Assembly: GCF_009914755.1 (NCBI RefSeq)
Contig: NC_060931.1
Origin: the human T2T-CHM13v2.0 reference genome, Homo sapiens
Direction: 5' to 3' (one strand)
DNA length: 64,000 nt
The position numbers and the translations under genes are program-made. Shown here in pieces: positions 30,752 to 43,859 of the stretch; the stretch's first letter is position 1; each line of letters begins with the position of its first letter. Below the pieces are notes generated by a model. It saw nothing but the letters and a program-made list of their open reading frames with translations. It was not told the origin of the DNA and made no database searches.

Positions 30752-32303
30752 TGAGAGGTGACAGCGTGCTGGCAGTCCTCATAGCCCTCGCTCGCTCTTG
30801 GCGCCTCCTCTGCCTGGGCTCCCACTTTGGCGGCACTTGAGGAGCCCTTCAGCCCACTGCTGCACTGTGGGAGCCCCTCTCTGGGCTGGCCAAGGCTGGA
30901 GCCAGCTCCCTCAGCTTGCAGGGAGGTGTGGAGGGAGAGGCACGGGCGGGAACCCGGGCTGCGCGCAGTGCTTGCGGGCCAGCGTGAGTTCCGGGTGGGC
31001 GTGGGCTCCACGGTCCCACACTCGGAGCGGCTGGCCGGCCGGCCCAGCCGGCCCCGGGAAGTGAGGGGCTTAGCACCTGGGCCAGCAGCTGCTGTGCTCA
31101 ATTTCTCGCCAGGCCTTAGCTGCCTTCCCATGGGGCAGGGCTCGGGACCTGCAGCCCGCCATGCCTGAGCCTCCCCGCTGCTCCGTGGGCTCCTGTGCGG
31201 CCCGAGCCTCCCCAACGAGTGCCGCCCCCACTCCACAGCACCCAGTCCCATCAACCACCCAAGGGCTGAGGAGTGCAGGCACATGGCGTGGGACTGGCAG
31301 GCAGCTCCACCTGCGGCCCCAGTGCTGGATCCACTGAGTGAAGCCAGCTGGGCTGCTGAGTCTGGTGGGGACTTGGAGAACCTTTATGCCTAGCTAAGGG
31401 ATTGTAAATACACCAATCGGCACTCTGTATCTAGCTCAAGGTTTGTAAACACACCAATCAGCACCCTGTGTCTAGCTCAGGGTTTGTGAATGCACCAATC
31501 CACACTCTGTATCTAGCTACTCTGGTGGGGACTTGGGTTATGTCTAGCTAAGGGATTGTAAATACACCAATCGGCACTCTGTATCTAGCTCAAGGTTTGT
31601 AAACACACCAATCAGCACCCTGTGTCTAGCTCAAGGTTTGTGAATGCACCAATCCACACTCTGTATCTAGCTACTCTGGTGGGGACTTGGACAACCTTTG
31701 TTTGGACACTCTGTATCTAGCTAATCTAGTGGGGATGTGGAGAACCTTTCTGTCTAGCTCAGGGATTGTAAATGCACCAATCAGCACCCTGTCAAAACAG
31801 ACCACTGGGCTCTCTGTAAAATGGACCAAGCAGCAGGATGTGGATGGGGCCAGATAAGAGAATAAAATCAGGCTGCCTGAGCCAGCAGTGGCAACCCGCT
31901 CGGGTCCCCTTCCACACTGCGGAAGCTTTGATCTTTCGCTCTTTGCAATAAATCTTGCTGCTGCTCACTCTTTGGGTCCACACTGCCTTTATGAGCTGTA
32001 ACACTCACGGCGAAGGTCTGCAGCTTCACTCCTAAAGCCAGCGAGACCGAACCCTCTGGAAGGAAAGAACAACTCCAGAAGCGCCGCCTTAAGAGCTGTA
32101 ACACTTACCGCGAAGGTCCGCAGCTTCACTTCTGAGCCAGCGAGACCACGAACCCACCAGAAGGAAGAAACTCCTAACACATCTGAACATCAGAAGGAAC
32201 AAACTCCAGAAACGGCACCTTAAGAGCTGTAACACCCACCTCGAGGGTCCGCGGCTTCATTCTTGAAGTCAGTGAGACCAAGAACCCACCAATTCCGGAC
32301 ACA
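30752..32303 (+). mobile_element. LTR12C (ERV9/HERV9) solo LTR, 1552 bp
   Basis: TGAGAGGTGACAGCGTGCTGGC...AATTCCGGACACA; CpG-rich 5' U3; seven CCAAT repeats; AATAAAA promoter box at 31861; polyA signal at 31947; TSD gtag/gcag. Confidence 0.97.
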
Positions 32304-33072
32304 GCAGCAACGTAGCAGCTATACAGATGAATATAGACAGCAATGGATAATATTATTAATTAGAAAAGACGGAAGTTGATATACGGCTAAATACAGATAG
32401 ACACCAATTATTGATAGAGGTAAACTGAAAATAATTGAAGGAGCATAACTGAATGAATGTGAAGTTTGGGCCAGAGTTTTATATCAGTGGCTGATTTTAT
32501 ATTGTTACTTTCTAAAATTTAGGAGTTACAAACTTAAACGTTTATAGCAAACAGGCAACATACAGGCACCTGTTTGGGGAATATTCTATACTCTGCCACA
32601 ATGGCTGAATCTAGCTGATTCTTGTCAGCCTTTCTGATTTTGTGAAAAAGCTCCAAATCCTGATTCAGAGTCTTGTATGAAATCTCCCAATTTTTAAATG
32701 TAAAATCAGTCGATCCTACAGAGCAATGTAAGCAAACCTGGATCCACGAGCCCACCAGTTTGTGCTTAAATCGTTTTGTGCTACGTGAACTTCATAAAGG
32801 TTTTTTTTAAGCAAAAGAACAAGAAAAGAAAGAGAATATTTTCTTTGCTGATTTTCTTAAATCGTTGTTGAGGATACTGCTTCTAGAGAGGCTTGCTTTT
32901 CAGATACGTTTGGTTGCAGTATTTTTCCCATGTTTTTCCAAATGTAGCTAAGGGATTAGCCATTGGGGTGTCACTTAAGCCCATTAGTCCCCTCACTGCA
33001 GGCTGGTGTAATGTGGCATGATACATGAAACTCAGGAAACATTTACTGGCGGCTTTAATTGCTTTCACTTGA

Positions 33073-33452
<380 letters not shown>

Positions 33453-33658
33453 TATACATTTTTCAAAAAGCCAAAGTAAATAAGAGAGCAGGAACATGTT
33501 TTAGAGGATCCCTAGATGCCCAACATCTACATGGCAGCAGAAAATCCTAAATGATACTGACTGACATCATCCCTTTCAGTTGTGTTGGAGCAAGAGATTG
33601 TAAAATTTGTTGCTGTGTTTTGTAAAGCAAAACTCTCACTCTGTGTGTGTGTTTTTCC

Positions 33659-35357
33659 TTTTTTTTTTTTTTTTTTGAGACAGAGTGTCGCTCTGTCGCT
33701 AGGCTGGAGTGCGGTGGTGCAATCTCGGCTCACTGCAACCTCCGCCTCTCAGTTTTGTGTCTGGAATTGGTGGGTTCTTGGTCTCACTGACTTCAAGAAT
33801 GAAGCCGTGGACCCTCGCGGTGAGTGTTACAGTTCTTAAAGGCGGCGTGTCCGGAGTTTTTTCCTTCTGATGTTCGGATGTGTTCGGAGTTTCTTCCTTC
33901 TGGTGGGGTTCGTGGTCTCGCTGGCTCAGGAGTGAAGCTGCGGACCTTCGCGGTGAGTGTTAGCTCTTAAGGCGGCGCGTCTGGAGTTGTTCGTTCCTCC
34001 CGGTGGGTTCGTGGTCTCGCTGGCTTTAGGAGTGAAGCTGCAGACCTTCGCGGTGAGTGTTACAGCTCATAAAGGCAGTGTGGACCCAAAGAGGGAGCAG
34101 CAGCAAGATTTATTGCAAAGAGCGAAAGAACAAAGCTTCCACAGTGTGGAAGGGGACCCAAGCGGGTTGCCACTGCTGGCTCAGGCAGCCTGATTTTATT
34201 CTCTTATCTGGCCCCACCCACATCGTGCTGATTGGTTCATTTTACAGAGAGCCCAGTGGTCTGTTTTGACAGGGTGCTGATTGGTGCATTTACAACCCCT
34301 GAGCTAGACACAAAGGTTCTCCACATCCCCACTAGATTAGCTAGATACAGAGTGTCCAAACAAAGGTTCTCGAAGTCCCCACCAGAGTAGCTAAATACAG
34401 AGTGTGGATTGGTGCATTCACAAACCCTAAGCTAGACACAGGGTGCTGATTGGTGTGTTTACAAACCTTGAGCTAGATACAGAGTGCTGATTGGTGTATT
34501 TACAATCCCTTAGCTAGACATAAAGGTTCTCCAAGTCCCCATCAGACTCAGGAGCCCAGGTGGCTTCACCCAGTGGATCCCGCACTGGGGCCGCAGGTGG
34601 AGCTGCCTGCCAGTCCCGCGCCATGTGCCCGCACTCCTCAGCCCTTGGGTGGTTGATAGGACTGGGCGCCTTGGAGCAGGGGGCAGCGCTCGTAGGGGAG
34701 GCTCGGGCCGCACAGGAGCCCACGGAGCAGCGGGGAGGCTCAGGCATGGTGGGCTGCGGGTCCCGAGCCCTGCCCCACGGGAAGGCAGCTAAGGCCTGGC
34801 GAGAAATTGAGCACAGCAGCTGCTGGCCCAGGTGCTAAGCCCCTCACTGCCAGGGGCCGGCGGGGCAGGCCGGCGGCTCTGAGTGGGGGGCCTGCCGAGC
34901 CCACACCCACCCGGAACTCGCGCTGGCCCGCAAGCACCACGCGCAGCCCCAATTCCCGCCGGCACCTCTCTCTCCAGACCTCCCTGCAAGCTGAGGGAGC
35001 CGGCTCCAGCCTTGGCCAGCCCAGAGAGGGGCTCCCACAGTGCAGCGGCGGGCTGAAGGGCTCGTCAAGTGCCGCCAAAGTGGGAGCCCAGGCAGAGGAG
35101 GCACCAAGAGTGAGAGAGGGCTGTGAGGGCTGCCAGCACGCTGTCACCTCTCAGTTTCAAGTGATTCTCCTGCCTCAGCCTCCCAAGTAACTGGGATTAC
35201 AATTGCACACCACCAGGTCCAGCTAATTTTTGTATTTTTAGTAGAGATAGGTTTTCACCATGTTGGCCAGGATTGTCTCAATCTCCTGACCTCGTGTTCC
35301 ACCTGCCTCTGACTCCAAAAGTGCTGGGATTACAGGCATGAGCCACCAAGCCCAGCC
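33659..35357 (-). mobile_element. AluS (Sc-like) split by LTR12C: 33659-33755 and 35154-35357
   Basis: The Alu stops at ...ccgcctctcagttt and resumes at gtttcaagtgattctcc after the LTR. Confidence 0.93.
33756..35153 (-). mobile_element. LTR12C solo LTR, 1398 bp
   Basis: Reverse complement of TGAGAGGTGACAGC...AATTCCAGACACA; five CCAAT repeats; perfect 4-bp TSD gttt. Confidence 0.97.
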
Positions 35358-37064
35358 TTTTTTTTTTTTTTAAATGTAGTTCAGTTGCCTTAAAATGACC
35401 ATTTTCCAAAAGAAACAACTGGTGTAGAGAGGAGGAAAACTTGTTTGTGGCCAAACACAAACTAAAGTCAGAGCTACAACCAGAGGATCCCATCTCCTGT
35501 GCTTTATGAGGCCTTCAGAATTAGGCTCTTCGTGGTCACTTTGTTTCTTCAAAAGTTCAAGCTATAGACAACATTTGACACATTTATCACAGATCATAGA
35601 AACTCTCTTAACTGAGAGATCAGGACCAATATTGGTTACTTAATCAAATAAGTCATTTAAAGTAGAAAAATATTTTTTAAAAGGTTCTTAGTTTATACGT
35701 TTTATTTCAGTGTAAAATTACAAATGGACACTGACAATTTAACTTTACTATGGAGAGTCAAGACTTTTTGAAAATGGGTCCTCTGGTTAGAATCTCTCAA
35801 CATGTTTCTTACATTAATTATAGCCACAATCCTTTTGCACAGTTTCCAGCTTTCTTTCCTCAAAGTGGAGTGAGAAATTAATATGTATGCAAAGCAATCT
35901 GAATAAGTGAGTTCTTCCAAGCTCTGATGATTTCCCCTGATCTATCATACTTGTCTTACCCACTCATTTGACAGCAATTTTTTTAGCAAACTTATTTTTA
36001 TTGTCTTCATAGAAACCACATCTTTACTTTCACATTCATATTTCATGGCTCTATATAATATTTATTTAAATGATGTAATTACAGCAGCAACTACACTGGT
36101 ATGAAATAGGTCTGGGAACCAATCAAGTTAACTGTTGGTAAGTATTCAACTCAACTGGTGCGAGGGGATGTATGAGGTTATATTTGAGAGAAACCTACTA
36201 CCTGGGAGTGTTCAGTGAGGTTAGTGTTTATGATTTACAAGAGGGAATGGAGAATCTTGCTTAATTCTGTATATTGTTCAAGTGGAGGTCAACAACCATT
36301 GTACAGCATTGCTTAAGAAGAAAAATGTCATGCAGAGGGAAGAAAATCCCTTCCCAGCATGTGACAGCTAAAATGGTCATATAAGAGAATAATGGCGACT
36401 TATGGTCAGTCACTCCATAAATGGTCCATTATGATAGACACTTCATAAATAATTTGAGGCCTTTCCTCTGGGTCCCAGACTAGCCGTGCACTGCACACTT
36501 CCAATGGATAATGTACAAACTTACTCAAACTCAACCTGCTCCAAATGGCACGTCTTATTCTCTTGCCCCAAACTTGTTTGTCCTAAGGTGTTCTCCACTG
36601 AAGTGACTGACACCATCATCCACCTAGGATCCATGCCAGAAAGCCAAGCAGCATCCAGGAGGCTGCTCTCCTCAGCATCCCTTATATTCAACTGGACATC
36701 AAGCCATGTCCATTTGCACTTTACACTTCTAATTTGTCTTCTCCCTATGCCCACTGCTTTGGCCTATACATTTATTTTTCAATGCTGTCTCCACTGTCTC
36801 AATTCTATCTTCCACATGTCTGCCAGTGTGATCTTTCCAAACTGTACTTCTGATGATCTCACTCCCCTGAATAAATCTTTCAAAGGATCCCTATTTCCAT
36901 CAGCACAATATTCATTCAAACTCTTTAGCCTGACATTCTCAACGTAGCCTCTGCCAACATTTCAAACCACATGTCTAAACACATGCACCTAGTTCACTCC
37001 ACAACCGTAGTGAACTAGAACGTTCCCCTAAACACATCAGGCGATTTCACTCTTTTGCTTGTTT

Positions 37065-37138
37065 TGTTTCCACTGTCTGTATGTAGCACCTTTCCTCATC
37101 ATGTTTCCACTGTCTGTATGTAGCACCTTTCCTCATCA
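37065..37138 (+). repeat. Perfect 37-bp tandem duplication
   Basis: tgtttccactgtctgtatgtagcacctttcctcatca x2 (37065-37101 and 37102-37138). Confidence 0.97.
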
Positions 37139-37262
37139 AGTACCCTTGTCTATTATGACAGCTCACAGGCCATTAATTCTGTGTAAGTGGTCTCTGAGCC
37201 TCTCCTATGCATCCCTTAAAATGCTATTAAAACTATGTATTGAATCTAGTTATGATTGCTGG

Positions 37263-37264
<2 letters not shown>

Positions 37265-37298
<34 letters not shown>

Positions 37299-37601
37299 AT
37301 CTATCTATCATTTAGAGACAGGGTCTTAATCTGTCACTCAGGCTAGAGTACAGTGACAAGACTATAGCTCACTGCAGCCCTGAACTCCTGGGTTCAACTG
37401 GTCCTCCCACCTCAGCCTCTTGAGCAGCTAGGGCTACAGGTGCATACCAACATGCTGGCAAACTTAATTTTTTTTTTTTTTTGTAGAGACAGGTTCTCGC
37501 TGTGTTGCCAAGGCTGGTTGCAAACTCCTGGGCTCAAAGCATCTTCCTGCCTCAGCCTCCCAAAGTGTTGGGATTGCAGGCGTGAGCCACTGCACCTGGC
37601 C
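37265..37601 (-). mobile_element. AluJ with (TCTA)n tail microsatellite
   Basis: J features (atagctcactgcagcc, ctcctgggctcaa); TCTA repeats at 37265-37309. Confidence 0.9.
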
Positions 37602-38374
37602 TCATCTGTCTTTTCTGTTAGATTTATGTTTCTTAAAGACAGATTGTATTTTGTTCTCCTCTATATCTCTTGTATGAGTATAAAGCCCAAAACATGTTGA
37701 GCTCGATAACTATTTGTTAGATGAATGAATGAATGAATGAATGGGCAAAAGTCACAAAAAGAGTTTGCACTATGCCTTACCCACTGGCTTACTCTATTTA
37801 CTAGTGAAGTGAATCACAACTGAGCAATTTAATTAAAGGGGAATTGGCTTCAAAGTAGTGAAGTTTTTAATGTTTCTTAAAAGGTAGAAGGAAAAATCAT
37901 AGCTACAAGAGATTTTACCTGGGCCTTAAGCAAAAGCATCTAAATTATTACCATATAATGATAAAATAATGTTGTGGTTTTATAATGAGAAGTTTGAGGA
38001 TTCTGTAAGATAACATATGTAAGCCACAGCAACACATAATAGAGCCTATTGTCAGACAAAGCCACTGTCAAAGGGTAGCTATTGTTGTGGTTATTATTAT
38101 CTCTTTTGAATTAGTAAAATGATTCTGTTATTCTACTTTTATAATTGTTATTTTAAAGCCTTTATTTCAAGACTTAATACCTTGAGACATAAACACCAGG
38201 TGTGACAAAAATGAACCTTTGGTTTATCTTCTTGTAGAATTTATTGAAATGGCGTTATTTAAGAGAACACTACTAGTAATTACATAGCTAGTAATTTAAA
38301 TGCCAACTTGGCAATGTTTGAAAATGATTTGGAAAATGGAACCACAATGCAACTGTGACCAAAGGTTATCATCT

Positions 38375-38900
38375 AGTTATTTTCAAACTTTAATGTGCAT
38401 AGGAATCATATGATCTTATTAAAAAGCAGATTCTGAGGTCTGGAATGGGGTCTGAGATCCTGCATTTTATTTATTTATTTATTTGAGCCAGAGTTTTTCT
38501 CTGTCCCCTAGGCTGGAGTGCAGTGGTGCAATCTCGGCTCACTGCAACCTCCACCTCCCAGTCCAAGTGATTCTCCTGCCTCAGCCTCCCGAGTAGCTGA
38601 GATTACAGGTGTCTGCCACCACACTTGGCTAATTTTTTTGTATTTGTAGTAGAGTTGGGGTTTCACCATGTGGCCAGGCTGGTCTCAAACACCCAACCTC
38701 AAGCAGTCCGCCTACCTCGGTCTCTGGAAGTGATTACAGGTGTGAGCCACCAGGCCAGCCCTCTGCATTTTAATAAGATCCCATGTGATGCTGATGCTGC
38801 TGGCCCATTGACCAGATTTCAGTGGGAGCAGTGTATCACAATCCTGATTAATGGTAAGAATCTCTTAGGATGCTTATTAGGAACATAGATTCCTGGACTC
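38375..38900. mobile_element. MER5A1-like element (split by an Alu) plus an adjacent MER5 fragment
   Basis: ttcaaactttaatgtgcataggaatca...gagatcctgcatttta|Alu|ctgcattttaataagatcccatgtgatgctgatgctgctgg. Confidence 0.75.
38470..38760 (-). mobile_element. AluS inserted in MER5A1
   Basis: Reverse Alu; TSD ctgcatttta. Confidence 0.92.
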
Positions 38901-38936
38901 TCCCGAGTGTAAACACCTCACTACCCTGACCCTCCA

Positions 38937-38937
<1 letters not shown>

Positions 38938-38971
<34 letters not shown>
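38938..38971. repeat. (CA)n microsatellite
   Basis: Directly visible. Confidence 0.95.
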
Positions 38972-38974
<3 letters not shown>

Positions 38975-39022
38975 GTGTTCATGGAACAGAACTCTGGGGA
39001 CTTGGAAGGTTACTAATGTCTA

Positions 39023-39266
39023 CAGGTTGAGTATTTCCTATCAGAAATGCTTGGGACCAGAAGTGTTTCAGATTTTGGAATTTTTAGGACTTTGGATTTT
39101 TTCAAATTTTGGAATATTTGCATTATACTTACTGGCTGAACATACCAAAGCCACAAATTTGAAATTCAAAATGCTCCAATAAGCATTTCTTTTGAACATC
39201 ATGTTGGTGCTCAAAAAGGTTTGGATTTTGGAGCATTTCAAACTTGAATTTGGGATGTTCATCTTG
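39023..39266 (-). mobile_element. Tigger4a/MER46-like MITE
   Basis: caggttgagtat...gcttgggaccagaagtgtttcagattt...gggatgttcatcttg; TA on both flanks. Confidence 0.85.
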
Positions 39267-39344
39267 TAATATATAAATATGTATCAGGCACATAGATACA
39301 TTTCCTATGGAAACTCACTGATATTCACTGTGAATTACTAAATT

Positions 39345-39511
39345 TCTTTTTTTTTTTTCTTTAGAAGGCAAGGTCTCACTCTGTCACCCAGGCTAGAGTG
39401 CAGTGGCAAGATCATAGCTCACCGTAACCTCGAACTCGTAAGCTCAAGCAATCCTCCTACCTTGGCCTTCCAAAGTGCTGGGATTACAAATGTGTGCCCC
39501 TGTACTTGGCC
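39345..39511 (-). mobile_element. Alu monomer (FRAM/AluJ-like)
   Basis: Single arm; degenerate TSD tgaattactaaatttct / tgaattcctcagtttct. Confidence 0.85.
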
Positions 39512-39924
39512 TGAATTCCTCAGTTTCTAAGAAATTACCCAGAGGCTCCTTATAGACTTCAGGTATTTTAATAAAACACCCAACAAAAGTCCTTGGACAA
39601 TTTCTGCTTTTCATCGTTTAGTTCTATCCTTGTTAGCATTGTGACATTCCTAATTATTCGATGAAGTAACACATTTTTCCAGATTTTGAAGTTTTCTAGA
39701 TAAATGTCTGGTTAAAATACTATTTCAGAAATGTTGTAAGTTATCATCTTCTTAAATTTTCTTCTATTTGTCCCAAACATTTAGCTTGCATTGGAAGATG
39801 GGATCTGATCTAATATGATTATTGTTTTGGTTCTCAGAATAATTTCACTTAGGAAAAAAATCTCTCCTCTCCTTTCTAATTGTGTACCCAAGTTGATGGA
39901 CTCCTTCTTTTACCAATGATGGTG

Positions 39925-40160
39925 ATGAATACTTGTTCAACACTTACTAGATGCCAGACACTTTTCAAGTACTTTATATCAATCAATCCTTACCACAAGT
40001 CGATGTGAGAAGTGGCATAATTATCCCCATTTTACAGATGAGGAAACTGAAGCACAGGGAAGTAAGTACTTTGCCTAAGATCACACAGCTCGTGAACAAG
40101 GAGCCAGAATTTCATTTCAAACCATCTGATTCTGCAGTCTAACCTCTTGACTATTACAAT
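39925..40160 (-). mobile_element. MIR
   Basis: Near-consensus core attatccccattttacagatgaggaaactgaagcacaggga. Confidence 0.9.
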
Positions 40161-40262
40161 CTACTATCATCATAAATATTTGAGACAAGATTTCTGGTTT
40201 CCAATACCCCTTTATTTCATTATCGTCTCTAAGTACCTACTGATATTCCAGCCTTTATTACC

Positions 40263-40572
40263 TTTTTGTTTGTTTGTTTGCTTGAGACAGGGTCTCGCTC
40301 TGTTGCCCAGGCTGGAGTGCAGTGGTGTGATCATGGCTCACTGCAGCCTCAACTTCCTGGGTTCAAGAAATCCTCCCACCTCAGCCTCCTGAGTAGGTGG
40401 GACCACAGATGTGCACCAACACACCCAGCTATTTTTAAATATTATTATTTTTTGTAAAGGTGAAGTCTCACTATGTTGTCCAGGATGTTCTTGAACTCCT
40501 GGGCTCAAGCAATCCTCCTGCCTCAGCCTCCTAAAATGTTGGGATTACAGACAGTATCCAGTAAGCCCAGCC
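40263..40572 (-). mobile_element. AluJ
   Basis: gagacagggtctcgc, atcatggctcactgcagcctc, ctcctgggctcaagcaatcc. Confidence 0.92.
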
Positions 40573-40802
40573 CCTTCTTGCCTTTAATATAGTAATCAGT
40601 ATGAAATTGAGCAGAACAACCATTTACAATTATGTATGTGTGCTCTGCATGACTACAGAAGATATCATTCTAATTAGTAATCCTCCTAGATCTATGTAGT
40701 TATTACAGTTTTCTAGAAGATGGTAGTAAAATGTCTTGAGGAAAGACATAATCTGCATAGCTATCAGTGGGGACTGAATTTTGGTATCTCTAATTATATG
40801 GG

Positions 40803-41307
40803 CATGGTAGATTGGAAAACATGGCCAGAATATTTTTGTAGCTACCCAAATAAAGAGATGGAATCTATTTCTCCACTTCTTGAATCTGTGTTAGCTTGTG
40901 ACTTGGTTTGACCAAGAATGTGGTAGAAGTGACATTCTCTAATTTGAGGGGTATAGGTTTCAAATGGCCCTGCAGCTTCTGCTTTTCAGGCTGACGCTCT
41001 GGAACTCTTCTACTCTTCTGTGAAGAAGTCCAGTCCAACCTGAAGGAGAATGGAAGGGTCCCAGCTGACATGTCCAGGCGATTGTCAGCCATGGAGAGAA
41101 TGGCCCTCCATCCTGTCATAGCTAAGTTTAGCCCAAGATGGCTCACCAGGTGAATGCAGCTGAACGGGTGAGCTCAGATGAACCCTGCAGGATAACTTGC
41201 CAGGCAACCTACAGAATCAGGGGAATTAATAAATCACTCAAATGAAGGGAATTTCAAGCTGTGAAATTTTGGGGTTGGTTGCTAGGCAGCAATACAAACA
41301 TGATGCA
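40803..41307 (+). mobile_element. Old MaLR LTR (MLT1G/H-like)
   Basis: agagatggaatctatttctccac...ttgtgacttggtttgaccaa...ttttggggttggttgctaggcagcaata. Confidence 0.7.
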
Positions 41308-42571
41308 GTTGTTTAAAAGATAAATAAAATCAAAGGCAATATAACTATATTTCTAGTTAATGATATTCAGAGATTTGTTCAATATAATAAGGCTTTTTGA
41401 TTCAATAAAATAATTTTGTGTAAAAAGCCTGTGACCCAACTGGAGATTGAAGGGGACACATTACTTGTAGTGATTTCCACAATTACATATTCTCATAACT
41501 AGAGATAAAAAAAGAAGGCTGTTAACTAAATGCATTGCTACAAATTCTGAGTTGTTATCATTGATTTTATAATCTGAGATTTGTGGCCACTGGGTAGAAA
41601 AAATTTTAAGCGCCTACATTTTTAACAGTAAATTTGACAGTGTGTTAAAAATTGTATAAATCCCCTCTTTTAGTAAGGATAATACAAAATCAGAAATACA
41701 AATCTCCATTTAAGAAGGAATTCAACTTCTAGTTAAAGGAAGACTGTAAACTAATCTCCATGGATCTAAGATCACTTTGTTTTTATTTTTTTTTTTCAGT
41801 TATTATATTGTAAATTCCTTTTCTGTGTTGGCAAGAAACTTGTCAAATTTCTACAGAACTTGTCTTAAGTCACTTAAATTGTAGACCTTTATATTTTTAT
41901 TGCTGTCAAAAGTTTGTAAAATATGTTTCAGATAATTATGGAAAATCATAAAACCTGCCTGTGGTAGGAAACAGTAAGAGTTCACAAATTATACTTACCG
42001 TTAATCAGTTCAGACATAACTGAACTGCAAATGAACTTACTTTTATTTTTTTCTGCCTCAAGCAAGCCCCATGTTCTCCAATACATTGTGAACTCATTGG
42101 AAACAACAGGCTGCCTTTTGTCTTTTCTCTGCAGTGGTGACAAATATAAGAGCTTCTGACAGTTTCAAAATACTACAAATAACACAGAGCATTGTTTATT
42201 ACTCTAAGAGCACTGTAATAAAACACCATCTGCAAATAGACTAATACCTGCATGACATTACCACACATGATGCCTTATATTGAATCATAGTGTTCTAACC
42301 ATTATAACAACTGTTAGTGGCGCCACTGAAGAGGAAAGAAGACTGATGCAATGTTCACAAGTCTCCTATCCCCTTGATGGAAATTTCAAAAGCAAATGGT
42401 TATTTATTATTTTGTGTGCTTTAGGTCCCATTGCAAAGTGTTAGCGACTGGAATACGTTTTCTTGAAATCACAGTTTTTAAAAAAGTAACCACTCATAAG
42501 CAATTGATTATTTTTTCTAGCTTCTATTACTGATATTTGCTAGGAAGAATCGACAATCTATCAAAACTTAA

Positions 42572-42977
<406 letters not shown>

Positions 42978-43859
42978 TAACATAGACGTAAATATTTTAC
43001 TTGTCAGTCGAATGGGCATATAAGATTTTGTGACACCTCTGTTAGAATTGTGCATTAATATGATCCATGTATTCATCCATGAAAGGAACTTTCCCACCTG
43101 CTCAAAAAAAAAAAGCATTGAATAATTCTAATGAGTGAGTTAGTCTTAAACATTGCCTGGAATTTTAAAGACCTTTTCAACCCAGCTGAATTTATCATTT
43201 GATTTTTCTTAAGATTGGTAATTAATATTTTCTGCTGGTCATTTTTCTCTGCTCAGTTTTCGTTGAGAAACTGTCAATGAAAGTGTCACAGTTTTCCCAT
43301 AGAAATGTAGATTTCCATGCCAGATGGAGTCACACTTCTCCTTAACATCTAGATAAAACAGGCTCAGCCACCCTTCCATCTATTTTCATGTCCTCCATGA
43401 ATTCTGATGACTTCCCCATAATGTCTGTAATTCTGGGGAATTATGTATTTATATAAGTGTTTAAAATGTATATCAATTTTTACATTTATATTTACATTTT
43501 TATGGTTATATTATAACCATAATCTATATTTAGAGTTACCCTTGGTTTTCCGAGCTGCTTCTTCTGTGGCTTTAGTTGATTTTGAGGATGCTTTTACTGT
43601 CTCAAAACTGCTGTTCTTTTCCTAATTGGCTTCAAACAAGATGTGAAATTCAACTGCTTTCTTTGCCAAAAAAACCTCAAAACCCAAAAACCAAAAAACA
43701 GAAGCCTTACTCCCAGAAAGCCCTTGTATGAAGGCTTGACTTGAATGTTAGGAAGAGATCGGGGGCCTTTAAAAGACTGTTGCAGCTTTTAGAAGACTGC
43801 AACACATAGCAAACCACTTATTACTTAACTGAAACGAATTTACTACATATTCTTGTACT

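Larger units (their letters stand above)
36450..37745 (+). mobile_element. L2 (interrupted by an AluJ), ending in (GAAT)n
   Basis: caaactcaacctgctccaaa...caccatcatccacctagg...gtgatctttccaaactgtacttctgatgatctcactcccctg...tgaatgaatgaatg. Confidence 0.75.

Noticed and set aside
30703-31284. Longest ORF (193 aa) and its mirror ORFs at 34560-35190
   Set aside because: These are antisense reads of GC-rich LTR12C U3. The similarity between them just reflects the two LTR copies; there is no domain or splice evidence.
31390-31790. Regularly spaced tctagct / caccaatc repeats resembling a CRISPR array
   Set aside because: Known ERV9 U3 tandem enhancer subrepeats; the intervening sequences are repeated, not unique spacers.
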